From contig JBLDXI010000009.1 in assembly GCA_047495785.1 (NCBI GenBank), positions 124,001-188,000 on the forward strand: a stretch of 64,000 bases of DNA, in the 5' to 3' direction. This document shows positions 25,613-39,561 of this stretch, in pieces (the stretch's first letter is position 1; every line of letters starts with the position of its first letter). The stretch comes from Lepidodermella squamata. Its lineage: Eukaryota > Animalia > Gastrotricha. The translations under genes and the position numbers were made by a program. The notes beneath the pieces are model-generated. The model searched no databases, had not been told where the DNA came from, and saw nothing but the letters and a program-made list of their open reading frames with translations.

Positions 25613-25851
25613 AATGGAATATTACTATTTGACTCTTCCTTTCATGATGTTATATGACAACCCCGAAGCATCTATCAATATTTTTTTACTGAAATAAATT
25701 CTTCACGATTCAATTGGCTCTGCAGTTTTATTTTATTCCCACTGACATGGTGAAGATGTTAATTATTTCAAATTAATTTTTAGTTTGATCCCGACATAAT
25801 AATTTAAAATTTTTAATAACGTTATAGGTCAACGTGTATCAAGCACTTCTT

Positions 25852-28071
25852 TTATGATGATTTGCCAACTTGAGCAATCTTGTCTCTTTTCTCAGCATCA
25901 TGATATTCCTTGCAGAACTTGGCGTAATGTTCAGCTTGCTACAATTTCAAGAAAGCAACCAAGTCAGAGAATACATGGAAACGTTCGTTAACTTGCCTCT
26001 ATGGTCGCAGCTAGAGGCTGCTTGTTAGTTTCCGGCAGTGGAAGCTGAACAATTCAGAATGATTTTTTCTGCTCAAAGTTGCGGTGTAACATAAAACATA
26101 CCGTCATGAAACCAGTGCCAATCAACGCAACACCATAAATGACCATACGCGCCCATGAGGGGAAGACGGATGATCTTAGGAAATCATATTTGAGTTATCA
26201 ATCGGTCAGAAAAAAAAGACTATTTACGCTTCGCCGTAACCGATACTGTTGATAAAAGGAGCTACGATTATTCCAGCGCGACCAATAATTGAAACTGTAC
26301 CAAAACCGGTACCCCTAATGCATGTTGGGAAGAGTTCAGCAGCGTACACATAAACACCCGCTGATAAAATGCCGTAGAAATAGACAATAAAATTGAACTA
26401 TAAATAAGTTCTTACTGAATGATGCACTCGCTGCAAATTTGCCGAAAGCCGCAATGCAAAAGGATAGGATTTTCATGTCGTCGGGAATGAACGGAACGAC
26501 GGCGCAGGAGACGCCAGCCAGGATTTGGAAAATAATGATAGACCATCTTCGACCAATACTACAACCTTGGCATAAGCGATTTTAATTTACAAATGAGAAA
26601 AAACTACGTACAAAATCAGTGCTGGAACGATGACAAATGTTGAGGGAATTTCAACGGCTGCCAGAATCAAGAAGCTGACATAAAAGTCAACGCCCTCCGA
26701 CAACTGAGCTGCAAGCATCAATCCGTAGTAGCACATGGTGTTGGCGAACCATATGATGGTGATTAGAATCGTAGTCAATCTCAGCCTCGGCGTGCGAACC
26801 AGATCGAGCAAGCCGTAAGTCTTAGCCGTCTTAGGCTGGGCAGGTGAGCCATCAGCTAGCAATGCATCGCCCACACTGGGCTCATACTCAGTCAACTCAG
26901 CTCTCTCCGTTTGCAGAGCGCTCAGCAAGAGTTCTTCATCCAACGGCTTTTTGTTGAACTTCGCGATGCGTTTCAACGTTGCCGAAGCCTCTTTCAGTCT
27001 ACCTGTAGACAGCTGCCACTGAAGGGATTCGACGATAAACCTGAATATGATTATAAGTAAGGCTTTTCACCCGCGAGGCTTTAAAAAATATTACCACCAC
27101 GTAGGAATCATCAGCAATATCGGTAAAGTGCAAGCTAGCATAAAGCTGAACTCATCCCGAAAAATGTAGCCCACTCCAGCGAGAGTTGTTACGGAACTGT
27201 TGGAAGAAATGTCCACATTTGAGACCGAAATGTTATTCATAAGAAAATTCGATTTGAAACTTGCCACGCCCAAAACATTTGGGATCCCGTAGAAAAGATC
27301 GTCCTCAGATTGGGAGCGAAAAGTTCGGTGTTCATCAGAAATCCATTGCTCATTACACCGGTAAGTCCGATGCCAATGAAGAAGCGGGCTATCAAAGTTA
27401 CGACGTAATGAGGTGCGAAGGCGCATACGATTCCACTAACAAAGAGAAGAACGGCTGATGAGAAGAAAGTCGGCTTCCGACCAAATCTATCTGCAACAAT
27501 GCCCATGAGCATGCACCCGACAACTTCACCTAAAATTATGAAAACAGACATGCTGTAGTGTTGATAGCTAAAGGAATCTAACCTAATCCTTCGGATGAAC
27601 TGATTATAGCTAGTAGCTGCTCGCGTGCGCACACAAGGCCAAATTGTGTAACAAGACTACTTTTCACAGGGTCTTCATCCGTATACCACATCGACTCGAT
27701 TGGGCAGGTTTCATTGGTGATGGAGATTAATTGGGCTTCTTCAATCACTGAACCAGAGTAGCGGTAGGTGGACGCCAGGCATGGGTGGTCTGCAATTGAT
27801 TGTCGAACGATGGTAAAATTCGATAGAACCCCGCTGGAATCCGCTTCCGTCACGGTTGACGTACTGTTGCCACAAGAGTACTTTGAAGGGAAATAGCCAG
27901 TGAACACAATAGCGAACTGATGGAAAGACGGCGGGAGAGTGGCAAACACCGAAACCAGCACATAGTTGATAAACTGAATTCAAATTTTGTTATGCCTGTA
28001 ATTATGGGATAGGAATCGAATCGAACCTGGTAAGGACCAGTAAGTTGCTCTAAAAAATTATCCAGCTTCAT
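25852..28071 (-). CDS. SLC22-like organic ion transporter, paralog 3
   Basis: MKLDNFLEQLTGPYQ, QFGLVC, GIVADRFGRK, TELFAP, NTMCYYGL, AELFPT, LPETNKQPLAATIE; convergent with the P450. Confidence 0.9.
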
Positions 28072-28489
28072 TTTTGCCTAAATACCCGTTATTCGGCACG
28101 ACACCGTATGGACACCATGTGCTAACTGTCGTATGAAGTCTTAGTAGCCACCACAGCTTTTTTATAATGCCAACTCCGCGCATGGCCGTACAAGTGCATA
28201 CGGCACGAACGGCACTGGTCTCTTATTATAACGCAAGTGATTGCTTATATTACAACGCTAAGCCTAGCCTAGCGGCCACTTCAAAAACCTGCTTGACACG
28301 CCTTAGAAAGGAGGAGGCTTTTATTAGGATGATGCAGAAAAAGCCATAGATGATCTTGCAAATTGATGTTGAGCTGATTCCGTGGCAGCATAAGAGGCTC
28401 AACATCAGTCCACTGAAAATGACCCATGTGAGATGGAGGGCTCTCACATTTTAAACAAAAACGCTATTGATAATGTCTGTTTCTTTTAA

Positions 28490-29897
28490 CCCGTTTAGAC
28501 CGGCATCTAGGATTTTGATGCTACGGTCATAATCTTTCCAGGAATTAATGTTGGCATCATAAATATGAAAAAAAAATTTTTTGGTGACCCCACCCCTAAC
28601 CGTCTCCGAGTTACGCAATGTCCCATTTATGGGACGCTCGGTCATTCTACAAGGCAAATTTAGAAAAAACCATATAAATCATGATTTTGTCATACTAGAG
28701 ACTCCAGGGGTCAATAAAAGAGTGAGAAATAGGAGGCAAACTATCTCTTTCATTATTTTGGGTGAACGGACAAGTCCAGAACGTCCTCAGTGGCCAAAAT
28801 ACTGTCAAAAAAGTGTCAAATTATGTCAATAATTGCATTTTAATTATTTTAAATGCAGGAATGCCCTTAATTTATAATCTATTTGCTGATTTAATCACCT
28901 CCGATTGTACCTCAGTGATCCCAAGTAAGAGTGAACTTCTTATTGCTAGAATAGCGCACTTCTCATGCAATACAATTAAGTTTAAATAGCAAAAAACAAT
29001 AAAAAATGATGGGCAAATTGGCAAAATTAGGCCTTTTACTTGCTTTCATGAGGCCCACTGCTGTAGGGAATTTGTGCAATGAGAGGAAAACATAGCATTT
29101 ACTTCCTGGTAATATTATGATCAATTAGCGCGCAAAATCTGCTCAATATCGCCTCCTGGGGCTATCGATATCGGTAATATCACTGATTTCCTACATCGAT
29201 AATCGGCTTTGCAGGCGAAAAATTTAGTGAAAATAGACTTGTAATAGCTCAAAATGAAGGCAATAATGGGATCTACGTGATAGAATTGACCATCGGCACC
29301 ATGCGATGCTTGATGACGAAAAAAAACAATAAAAAACGATATTATTAACATCAAAGTGAAATATGCCGCCATATATTATGCGGTACAAAGTGCCAAGTAG
29401 CTATTACAGCAAAATTTCAGGTACAGATCGCCTGGACTGTCTTTCATTTATCTCATAATAGCTTAATTATTGTCAAAATCACCACCTGAGCTCAAAACAT
29501 TAGCGATTTGACAATATGCAATATGCGTCTAAGAATGACCGAGCGTCCCATAAATGGGACGGCCCTTATTACGTAACACAGGTGGCAGATGGGTTGATAA
29601 AAATTATTCCGTTGGAATCAGCATTAAAAGTTGTTCTAGGCATCATATGTACAGGTAATTAATGTTGATACTTTTTCTGTTAGCAAAAAAATCATTTTTT
29701 GGTCAAAAAAGCACATTTTTGACAGTCAATTTTTTACCAGTTAGGTAATAGTAGTGGGTGCCAATTTTTTTCTGTAGCTTCCCAACATCAGTCCAAATGA
29801 TTATAACACCCAGGAGTAGGCTTATTTCGCGCTTAACATAGTTATATCCGGCTTCGGAAAAGTACGTCCCAAATATGGGACGCCCGGTTAAAACGGG
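28490..29897. mobile_element. Non-autonomous piggyBac element (~1.4 kb)
   Basis: TTAA|CCCGTTTAGACCGG ... CCGGTTAAAACGGG|TTAA (TTAA at 28486-28489 and 29898-29901; TIR 12/14). Perfect 29-bp internal IR 28620-28648 / 29532-29560. No transposase ORF. Confidence 0.9.
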
Positions 29898-32800
29898 TTA
29901 AATCAAGTTTTAAATGAATACAAAGACGTGGCAATACAACGTATTTTATCCTATGTAGAAATTAGTTTCGAGTCAACTTCAAATCATGCCATTCATCCAA
30001 GGGAGTTAGCGGTCATTTTAGAACATTATAAAACCTTCAAGTGAACGGGCTCACGACCCTTCTTGCTTGTTGCCATTGTCTCGATTACTTGTTTCAATAA
30101 ATAATAAAGACATGAAAAAAATCACAACTTTCCGTATCTTTTACGTCGATGTCTTTACAAATGATCTTTGTTTTTCGTGCGTGCAAGACTTACTGAGGCA
30201 ACGTGATTGCAATTTTTCTTCAGCACCTCTGATCACCCTGTTCTCCTTGAATAAGCGCTTTCTTTTTCGCGCAGTTTTATGCGAGACTTCTTTGCTAAAA
30301 ACACGCTGTATATAACGCACGAAATAATCACGCGCATCTCGATCCGAATGAGCATTTAGCGGAAATGTAAATATTTGCGTAGGTTTATAGGCCAAAAAAT
30401 CTGCGTACGAGCCGAGGCGTCTTTTGGAGGCTAGACTGAAGATATTATCTAAGAAAATGCGTGTATGTTAAATTCATAATGTCGCATACTGGTACCGCGC
30501 CCGCCAACGTGACGTGGAGCGTGAAAAAATATATCATGTAATTTAACGCGTCAAATGAGCAGCAGTTCGAGTCAACCTCTTGAAAATCTATTTGTTTTCT
30601 GTTTCATCATCGGAGCGCTGCTGCTGCTGCTGCTGCTGCCGATAATGGCGATAATAAGCCAATAATGATAATGATGACAATATAATAATAAAAATAATGA
30701 TGCTGATGACGATAATAATATATGGGCGAAAGTGTCGCAGAGCAATATCCATCTCGGCGATGCGAGAAGACACGAATTTAGCGGCGGGTAAACGCGCGAG
30801 CAAACGCGCGATCCAGGCCATTATTTAATTTCATCCCATTATTTTTGCTACGGAGGTCTTTATTTTCTCTCGTACTCGTCAACGCGCCGTCATCGCCGCC
30901 ATCATATCGTCTTCGCATCGAGGTGATAAAGCTAGAGTTTTTATTGCTGCTCGCTGATACCAAGCCGAGCCCTAATAAAAATTTTCATCTTGATCGCGCG
31001 CTCTCGCGATGCTCTGCTACTACTGCTGCTGCCGTTCGATTGATTACAGACGGCGATGTGACGCGATAAATATAGCTCAGGCATGGATGGACTGACTGAA
31101 CGCGATGAAAAAATTCGGCCCTCATGGATATTGCACGCGAGCGCCCATTTCTTCGATATAACCATGGCGATTATATGCCTTGGCGCGCCGAAAAAAAACG
31201 CCGTGTAATAGAGACCAATGGCGAGCATCATGGCAACGACGACGACGACAACTATTACTGCTGCTTATCATATGAAATGCTGCTGGAGGGGCATCATCGC
31301 ATAGCCGTACCTCGGTCGGCGTTGGCTCTTCTTGCTATTGTTTAATAACATTAGGCCATGTTTGTTTGGCGTATTTTTGCTAACAATGCGCGCGCGGCGT
31401 CGACACCGCACCGGAATCATTGGCAATCGATGCTGCGACGTGCTGTTGACCGCCGTCGATCGACGTGCCGCCCGCCCGCCCGCGTCGCCGCCTTATTGCA
31501 GCCGAGAAAAAAGCGATAACCAATAAACGGCGCCACTGCGCCTATCGCTCAAACAATGAGCAATGACTCGACTGATGCCCGCGATGTGTTTTCACTACGA
31601 TGAGAGGATGAGACAAGCAGCCATAGCAGTAGCCACCAGTGTGTGATGCGCGTAATAATTTCACTCCCACCGCCGGCTGCAGCAGCTGGACAACCGGGTG
31701 GCTAATCGGGCGTCGAAAAATCGCGGCTCGCAGCTCGCTTCACTTGAGCGTCTGCGCGTCCCTAGCTGCCGATGGCGCCAAAATCAATCAGGCTCCGTCT
31801 TTATGCTATTACTTGCCGGTGCAGCTGTCGCCGTAGATTTTTTCAGGCGCCTTGCTTTTACTTCGTTTACTTACTCATTTATTTCGCCTGCCGCATAGAG
31901 TATGACAGTTGTTGTCCTGCCACTACTACTACTACTCATCCACCACTACATATTACCACTGCTATTTTCTTATGCGCGGTATAACTGCCGCCTCTGTATA
32001 GTCACAAATTTTGGCATTTGATGGCGCGCGGTGGCACTCGGTGATGCTTGATTGTTTTAGCATCGAACATGATGGCGCAAAGTTAAAGACGCGCCGGCTT
32101 TTAATCGCCAAGCAGCAGCAGCAGCGCGCTACTTCATTTGCTGGCTCCGCCGACGTGGAACTTTTTTTGTTGTTGCCATCGTTTTTGCTTTTGCGATGTA
32201 GTTCATCATCATCATCAGCTGTTTATCGCGCGCGCGCTCGCTACTTGCCGCCGGACATGCGCGTGCAAGTGCCGACCAAGTGGCGCCGCGCCGTTTTATG
32301 TCGGCTAATAAGCGAGCGAACGTCGCGGTATTTTTTTTTCTTGACAGCAAAAGCGCCGGCGCCACTGCTCGGGTTACTCCGTTGGGACGTGCGATCACTT
32401 GTTAGAGCTAGCCGGCGAGCACTTGTTGTAATTTTCTCGTCGAATAGATTTTTAATAATTTCTTGCAACAAAACCACCGAGCACCACGCCCAGCAGCCGC
32501 AGCATAAACAAGACGGGCGCGGCTTCTGGACTCTCTCGATATCATCAATTATTGCGATCATCGTTAGTGCCGTCGCCTAACACGCCGCACTGTCGCGATG
32601 TCTTGATGGCACGCGGCGATGGCTAGCCATTCCGTGGCAGCAGCGACAACGAAACCGTGCGTGCTTTCTCGATAACACTCATCCGTGGTATCCTATACTG
32701 TTTTAGTTAGTCGGTTACTTATTACTATTACTTATTACTATCTCTGTGTGTACGTCGTAAAGTCAGTCAGTCAGTCAGTCAGTGACACCATAGCGTAGTG

Positions 32801-32928
32801 GTCTATTATTATTTTCACTGGTGTATTGTCGGTGTTAGTTTTTCCGCCTCTGCGGTTGTGTCATGTACTACTACTAGCATACTAGAGAACGCACCCAATC
32901 AGCGCCATGATGCTCATGATCGTTTTTG

Positions 32929-35900
32929 ATGCGTTCTAGAACCGTCAACCCTCTCCTGGGCCTGTTCACGTCGCCGCAGCCGCCCGGCGACGCCGTCGGG
33001 CAGGTCGGCGCCATGTCGATGGACACGACGACAGCGGCGACGACGCTGCTGGCAGCGGCACTCAGTTCGAACGCGACGACGCCGGTCGACGAGAACCAGG
33101 TGTTCGACATCGAGTCGGCCACGCTCGCCTTCGCGCTCACCGTGCTCATGTCCGTCGGCATCGGGCTCAACTGCGTGCTGCTGCTGATCGTCGTCTGCCA
33201 CCCTCGCGTTCGCCAACTCGTCAACGCCTTCATCGGCCACTACGCCGCCATCTCCGTGCTCAAGTGCGTCTTCTGCATCGTGTTCGCCACCAGTTTGACG
33301 ACACGCTTCGAAGCGTCACTCTGCGAGAAGGTCGGCGGTAGCTATGTCGTTCTCACCAGCGTCGAAGGTACAGTATATACTTATATTGTAAGGTTATTAC
33401 CAATTTGAATCGCTTCTTTCACTTTCAGTTTTCAACCTGCTTGCGATGGTCTGTGCCGAGGCTTATTTTTTCGGCCAGGCCAATGTTGGTCGAGATGGTC
33501 GCGGCTCGTTTTGCTGCGTGATGATCGGCCTCTTCCTCATTTATCTCGGCAGTGTTATTCTTCATTTAGGTATGCTGCCGACGCCAATGAATCCATTACA
33601 GTCGGATATAATTATTTGATCCTTATTTAGTTTCCTAAATAGTTTTATTAGCAAGAGAAAGAATGCCTCAAATGAGGGCACCAGCAATTATTAGTTGAGA
33701 AATCTTGAGTAAATATGTTGGAAACTCGATTTGGTGCTACCAAAATCCCTCCGCGGATCAACGATGTTCTTAAATGTGTAGATTCCCGAATTTCGGTTTC
33801 CGTTGGGAAAGCAAGTAAGGAGGAATCGGTGGTTCCACTGTTATTTCCTCCTTAACTTTGATTTAAAACCGTATTGAATTAGGCCATTTCTATTTCTGCA
33901 AACTTATACAAATGCTGCTGATCAACTTAAATTGTATTGACAGGCTTTTGAACCAGTTTTATCGGGACATGCTTTTGATAGAAAATATTCCTGGCTGGAA
34001 TTTTCCAGATTCCATTCCTATCTGTTTAGCTTGATGGCCCGAGCTACAACCGTGTTCTGAACTCAAAGCTGGCGATAAAATGTGTGGCTCAGATGTAATT
34101 AGGACATGGTATTTAGAGCTTAATTCCAGTATATACTTGCATTCGATTAGATTTCTTTAATGCATTTTATTATTAATTTGTAAAATTGATTATTTTTTAG
34201 GCCCGACAATCATAGCCGGTGGAATAGGGTTTAATCGAACGGCGGGCAGCTGCATATTCGGCTTCAAATCAATTCAGACTTACGTGGCGCACGCCATTTG
34301 GGTGGTGATAACAACGCTGGGTGTCGCCGCCGTCTTTTACTACCTGTCAGTGGTGTACCGCGAGGTGCAGTCATGCCGGCCGCACCGCATTGCCTCACTG
34401 GTGCGCGCCTCGGTACCGACAACCACGCGCAACCAACACCCAGTGGACCAGCTCACCGTTAAGCGGATAGGTTAGCGCTAACGGCTTTGGCCGAATATTG
34501 GCAAATTTACAGTATTACACTTCGCATTAGCCAAACTAAATTTCGTATTCAAATTCGATTCACAATATTAATTAATTGCTAATAATGATATAAACATGAA
34601 ATTTAACCTTAATTTATCTATTTGTTTACAGTATCCGACTCGCAACGGCGCGCATTGGTGCTTATTCTCGTGACATGTGCATTTGTGTTGACGTCATACC
34701 CGCTGTTCTTGCTCACGCTATTCGACTGGACCTTCGCCGTCGATGGCTCCATCTACCGCATTTTCACGTTCTTCTCGTGGACGAACACGCTCATCAACCC
34801 GATTCTGTTTCTCGTCGTTGATCGCAAGTTCGGCCTCATACGCCTCCTTAAACCGTGCCACCAAACTAACCGATCTCGCGACTCCGCCTCGCCGTCACTG
34901 CTGAGCGTTGGCGGCCAGGTGAACTCGCGGCCCCCATCATACCTCATTCGCAATAGCGTGCCTCGACAAGCCAGCAACCCGGCGCTGGCGTCGGGCGCTC
35001 CTTCAGCGCCTGCGCCCGGCCCTGGCTCCACTTCCAATTTGCCCAACGAAAGAACCGGTCTGCTCGTCAAGGCCACGCCCGATCGGCCTTGTTACGAGCT
35101 GCGTGAGGAGGAAGACATGACTCTGAGTTGCGGCGGGGGAGGCGCCAAAGCCGCAGCCAAGCACAACGCTGTCGCTAACCAGCCACCTGTACTACACGAG
35201 TGGCAGAGCCGTGTTGGAGGTCGCCTCTATCTTCAAGGCGAGGTAAAAGCAGAATTTACTGCAAATCAAATTATAAAGTAACTGCCCGGGTTTCAAACTG
35301 GAAAACTTCAACTTGAAAGAACCGATTTCATGATTTGATATTTTCAAGCACTGAAGTGGGCAACTTTTAACGCGTTGAGCTTCATGTGACAAATGCAACT
35401 GTAGGTGAAATTCGAATGATAACTTTGTCAAACATAGAAACCCGCATTAAATCTTACCAACTCCGAAATGTTTCCAAGCTTGGAAAAAAATTGCTTGATT
35501 CACTTATCAAAAATGATCACCCTTCATCTTATACACCTCGCGGGGTGTTTGCCGCACATGAGTCACTATATTTTTTTATGTTCTACACACTCTGTTTTTG
35601 TCTCTTTTTCCAAATGCCTACAGTTCGGTGCTGATGCTGCTGATGAGTCGGCGATGCTGGTCGACGGTCCTGGCACGGTGATTCTATTTGATCGGCTCAA
35701 CAACGTTGGCGACTACGTGCCGCCGGCGCAGATGATGGCGGCCACTTCGAACTCCTCGCTTGCGGCAGGGGCGCCGACAACGCCCGGTGGCACCTCGCGG
35801 CACGCCGTATTGCTACGAAACGTCAATTCAACGATAACATCGTGTTCGAACAACACTTATGGCAACATAGTTGTTGGCAAGGCGTCTCCAGGTGCTTCCT

Positions 35901-36340
35901 ACGCGCAGCAACAACAAGCGTCACAAACCCCAGTCCGCATCTATCGGCCGCACTCCGTCGTCACGGCTATCGACTCGTTGGGTAAACAGCCGGCTGTGAT
36001 GATGCAGCCTCAGCCAGTGCAGCAGCAGCAACGCCTAGTCATGCAGCAACACCAACCGGTGCAAAACATGCAACTGCCTACGTTGCGAATCGTCGCCAAC
36101 CCCACCAATGCGGGCTACCGAGCAGCGAGCACCATTATGAATACGTCGAGTAGCAGCGCCGGTGGGGGAGTTGGCGGGCGGAATAATATGCCGAATACAG
36201 CCTCGTTCATCGGCACCGAGGACAGTCTCGAGGAGATCGCCGCCTTGGGACAAATGTACAGCGTCTCCAACGTTATGAATATTTCGGGGCATTCTAGGAG
36301 CAGTGGCGATCGAATAATAGATGACGAAACAACTTGTTAG
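32929..36340 (+). CDS. Orphan rhodopsin-class GPCR with very long C-tail
   Basis: Exons 32929(or 33013)-33367, 33429-33569, 34201-34470, 34632-35242, 35624-36340 in frame. Seven hydrophobic helices, TM1 GLN, Cys at top of TM3 and in ECL2, EAY replacing DRY, TM6 SYP, TM7 NPILF. The unspliced form stops at 35281. Confidence 0.82.
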
Positions 36341-39300
36341 ATCGAATTATACTGATTACCTGATTAGTGCCAAAATATAATAAGACTCATTTCGTGATTT
36401 TTTTCTAGCCAAACAGATTTGCGTATATTTATATTTTCATATAAAACGGCAAGGTTGCATGTTTTCTTATTATTATCAACACAGATCACTAGTTTTTTTT
36501 GTAACAAAACGTTTAACAATTTCTGCGAAGATTGCATCTCATATATTTCCTATAAAATGTTTCATAAATCATTTCTGTATGTTAAACGATTCGCAGCAAT
36601 TTTTATCTCGTAAAGAAATACGATGGAAAAAAACAATAAAGACACAAGTTCGATCACTTATTCTTTTCACGTTCACTTTGGATACATGAGTTCATCAGTC
36701 GAGCGGAACATGTTTGAATTATGACGTATTAATTAAATTGTCGCCGTCAACATCGCTCAAGCTGATTCGCGCAAATTGGTGAATAGCAGGCAAGCGCTAA
36801 CAAAGTCGCTCTAATATCACATACGTTCTCTGTACTACAGAGAGAGACTATGAACCCTTTTTTTTTCTTTCGATGAATTTAATAGTGCAATGTTGACGCT
36901 CATGTTTACTCGCGGTTATAGCTAATTAGGAGGCGAGATTTTACATACTTACGCCGGAAACAAATAACCCGAGAGCGTTGGTGTCGGTGGAATCTCTTTT
37001 TTTACTCTTCAGATAACGTAACCACCTGTCGATTTTTTGCAATACTATTGTCCTCTGGGTCCTTACAGATAAGTTCAAGTACTTCGTACTTTCGCCGGCA
37101 TGAAATAGTTTTAATGCTGTAGACATCATTGTACCATTGAGAATATGTCGTCTGCTTGTATATGTGCGTTATTCGAAAACGTTCGCCAATGGGGAATAGC
37201 ACGGATATATACACTATACAAATCAGTTTAGAGGCTGTATTCGAAAAGCTTGTTCTCACCATGTTATTCACATTTTTGTAAGAAATCATTTACCTGATGG
37301 TAACAAACGTTGCCACGCCGGCGCTGGTTTCCATGAATTGCCTTCTTACTTTTATTCAGACCAATTTTTTGATCCACTTATTTTCGATAAAAGGCAAACA
37401 CGGATTTAGCGCCGGCTCGTTCGCGCGTCTTGTCACTTGTTTGCGCATAAGCCGTCATTTTTACACTGAATTTTACACCAACGATCAGAGTTACGGCGAA
37501 TGCTTTGTAGCAAGGGAAAACATATCAGTATAAAGCAGAATTAGATCGTATCTCGGATACAAGCATATGGTGCTGCTAAACATTAATATGAGGATTTTTT
37601 GAATGGTTTTCGCGCAGACTTTTTAGCTTATTCGGTGGAGTATTTTTTGTTGAGAATGGGAGAATCGAAGAAAGCTCGGGTAAAATAGACACATCTTTTG
37701 CGCAACCTCATAACAGTTCGAACAAATATAGTTATCATTTTTTAAAGATCGCCAGATTTGGAGAATCCTCTAGCTTGGTATCATCGTTCGGATGAAGACA
37801 ATGCATCTTAGCAGCGCCACTGTTTGATAAGGCCGAGAAAATCTCACATTAAAGCCCCAATTAAACAATTTAACGCGACCAGATTTTTCGGAAAAATCAT
37901 TCAAATTAAATAAAACTATTGGCTCAAATATTTTCGCTCTTATTAACGGATAATGATTCTTCCCAACTGTATAGCTTTCTCAGCTTCGGTTTGTTGTTCC
38001 ATTAGTTTGTTCCAATATAGTAAGCCCATCGCTTACAGTATCCCAGGGTTCAAGTCCGTTCGAAAATATTCAACAATTAATTTTCGAATTTTTAGTATTT
38101 CGAGGTTGAAGTGTTAATAGCCCCGGGCTGCTATAGGAACATATAAAGTCAGGACATAATCTTTCAAATGAAACCTTACAAGTAACAGCTTTTGCCTCGC
38201 TTAAATTACGCGATTAATTCAGTAGTAAAAAAATAGCGCCTTGACCGGAAAATTAGACCTATATTAAAACTCAATTCGCGACCTATACTCCTTGGCTTTC
38301 ATAATATTACCACCATATTTTAGAAACTACCATATCTATAAACGGGAATTTCCTAGTTAATTACGTGCGATGATTTACGCACCACTTTTTTTTGAGCAAT
38401 ATTCTCATTCAAGATAATGCATAGGTAGTTCTGTGTTTTTCTTCTTGACTTAGATATAAGTATAGGACGAGGCTCCGGGCATTTCAGCGCAGGTGATTGT
38501 AACGCGTTCGATGAGCGAGCGCCATTGCGTGATGCCGCGCCGCGCGTTGCCATGAAGTCGCAAAAGCCGGCACATGATTTTGCGCGCCGCGCCGTCTGCG
38601 CTAGGCGTACGCGCATGCGACGAAGCCTTCAACGCCGGGACGCTTCGATCAACTGATGCATGATAACTGCGCGATCGCAGTCGCTGCATATTACCGAGCT
38701 TAATCATAAATAAATAAACAGGTGTGCGGCCGGGACGCGCCATTATGGCGCGCGCGGCCCGGGGAATCAATACGTATGACACGCCCGGGGTAAAATACAG
38801 AAGAAACCAGCCATGTACTGCTACTACCACAACTACTACAACGAAAACTACTACTAGTCAACTGCTCACGCCATTGCCGATGCAGCGGCGTCGACTTGAT
38901 CGAACGCGAGTAGCGTAATGATTTTTTTTCGAAAAAGCAAGCCTGTGCGCTCATGTTGCTGCATAGCCGCAAGCTTCTTAATGGAGCAACCAGACCACTA
39001 GATGCTAAGACGCCGCCACCACCGCCCCCGGTAATGACAATGGACGGATTTCGTCGATCGCAGCACGCCGTTATTGCGCGCGCTAAGAAAAACAGCGTCG
39101 TGCTTGCGCTGGCGCACGTCAGCGCCGGGCCCACAGGTTGCAAGTCAGTTAAAAAAATAGTTCAATACAACCAACTTCACCCGAGTGGGCTGCGATGGAT
39201 CCATCGAGCTCGCATTAGCCGGCACAGGCTTATTTCTGTTTGCAAAAAAGCTCGGCGGTTCCGTGCAAGCGAATTTACACCTGTCATCATCAGCACGGCA

Positions 39301-39561
39301 TTGAGTACCTCGCATTTTTTGAGAATCGCGGATAACCGCCTCTCGAGATACTAATCATCAGAAGCCTCATTACCATTATCGAGCATTACTTGTTAAACAA
39401 TAATTTCATCTTGTCACCGGCGATTTTAGACATATATTTAAATACAATTTTTAATAGAAAAGTTTACTTGTGCGCCCTGGCAAATAATGGCCGATTTCTT
39501 GGCGTAGTCGATGCTCATGTAGGACGCCGCTTGCTGTGAGCCAAGAAATACCCACGCTAAA

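Noticed and set aside
30588-32580. Many overlapping short ORFs, including 189 aa at 32011-32580
   Set aside because: Microsatellite-driven, several non-ATG starts, no recognisable domain or splice pattern.
35468-36340. 290-aa ORF as a separate gene
   Set aside because: Its first ~50 codons look intronic, and a phase-0 acceptor at 35623 matches the GPCR donor at 35243.
36900-37460. Splice-like sites and short ORFs on the minus strand
   Set aside because: No continuous frame or known motif.
37540-38340. TE-like tract with a B-box-like GGTTCAAGTCC at ~38047
   Set aside because: No convincing TIR/TSD and no cloverleaf; not a tRNA gene.
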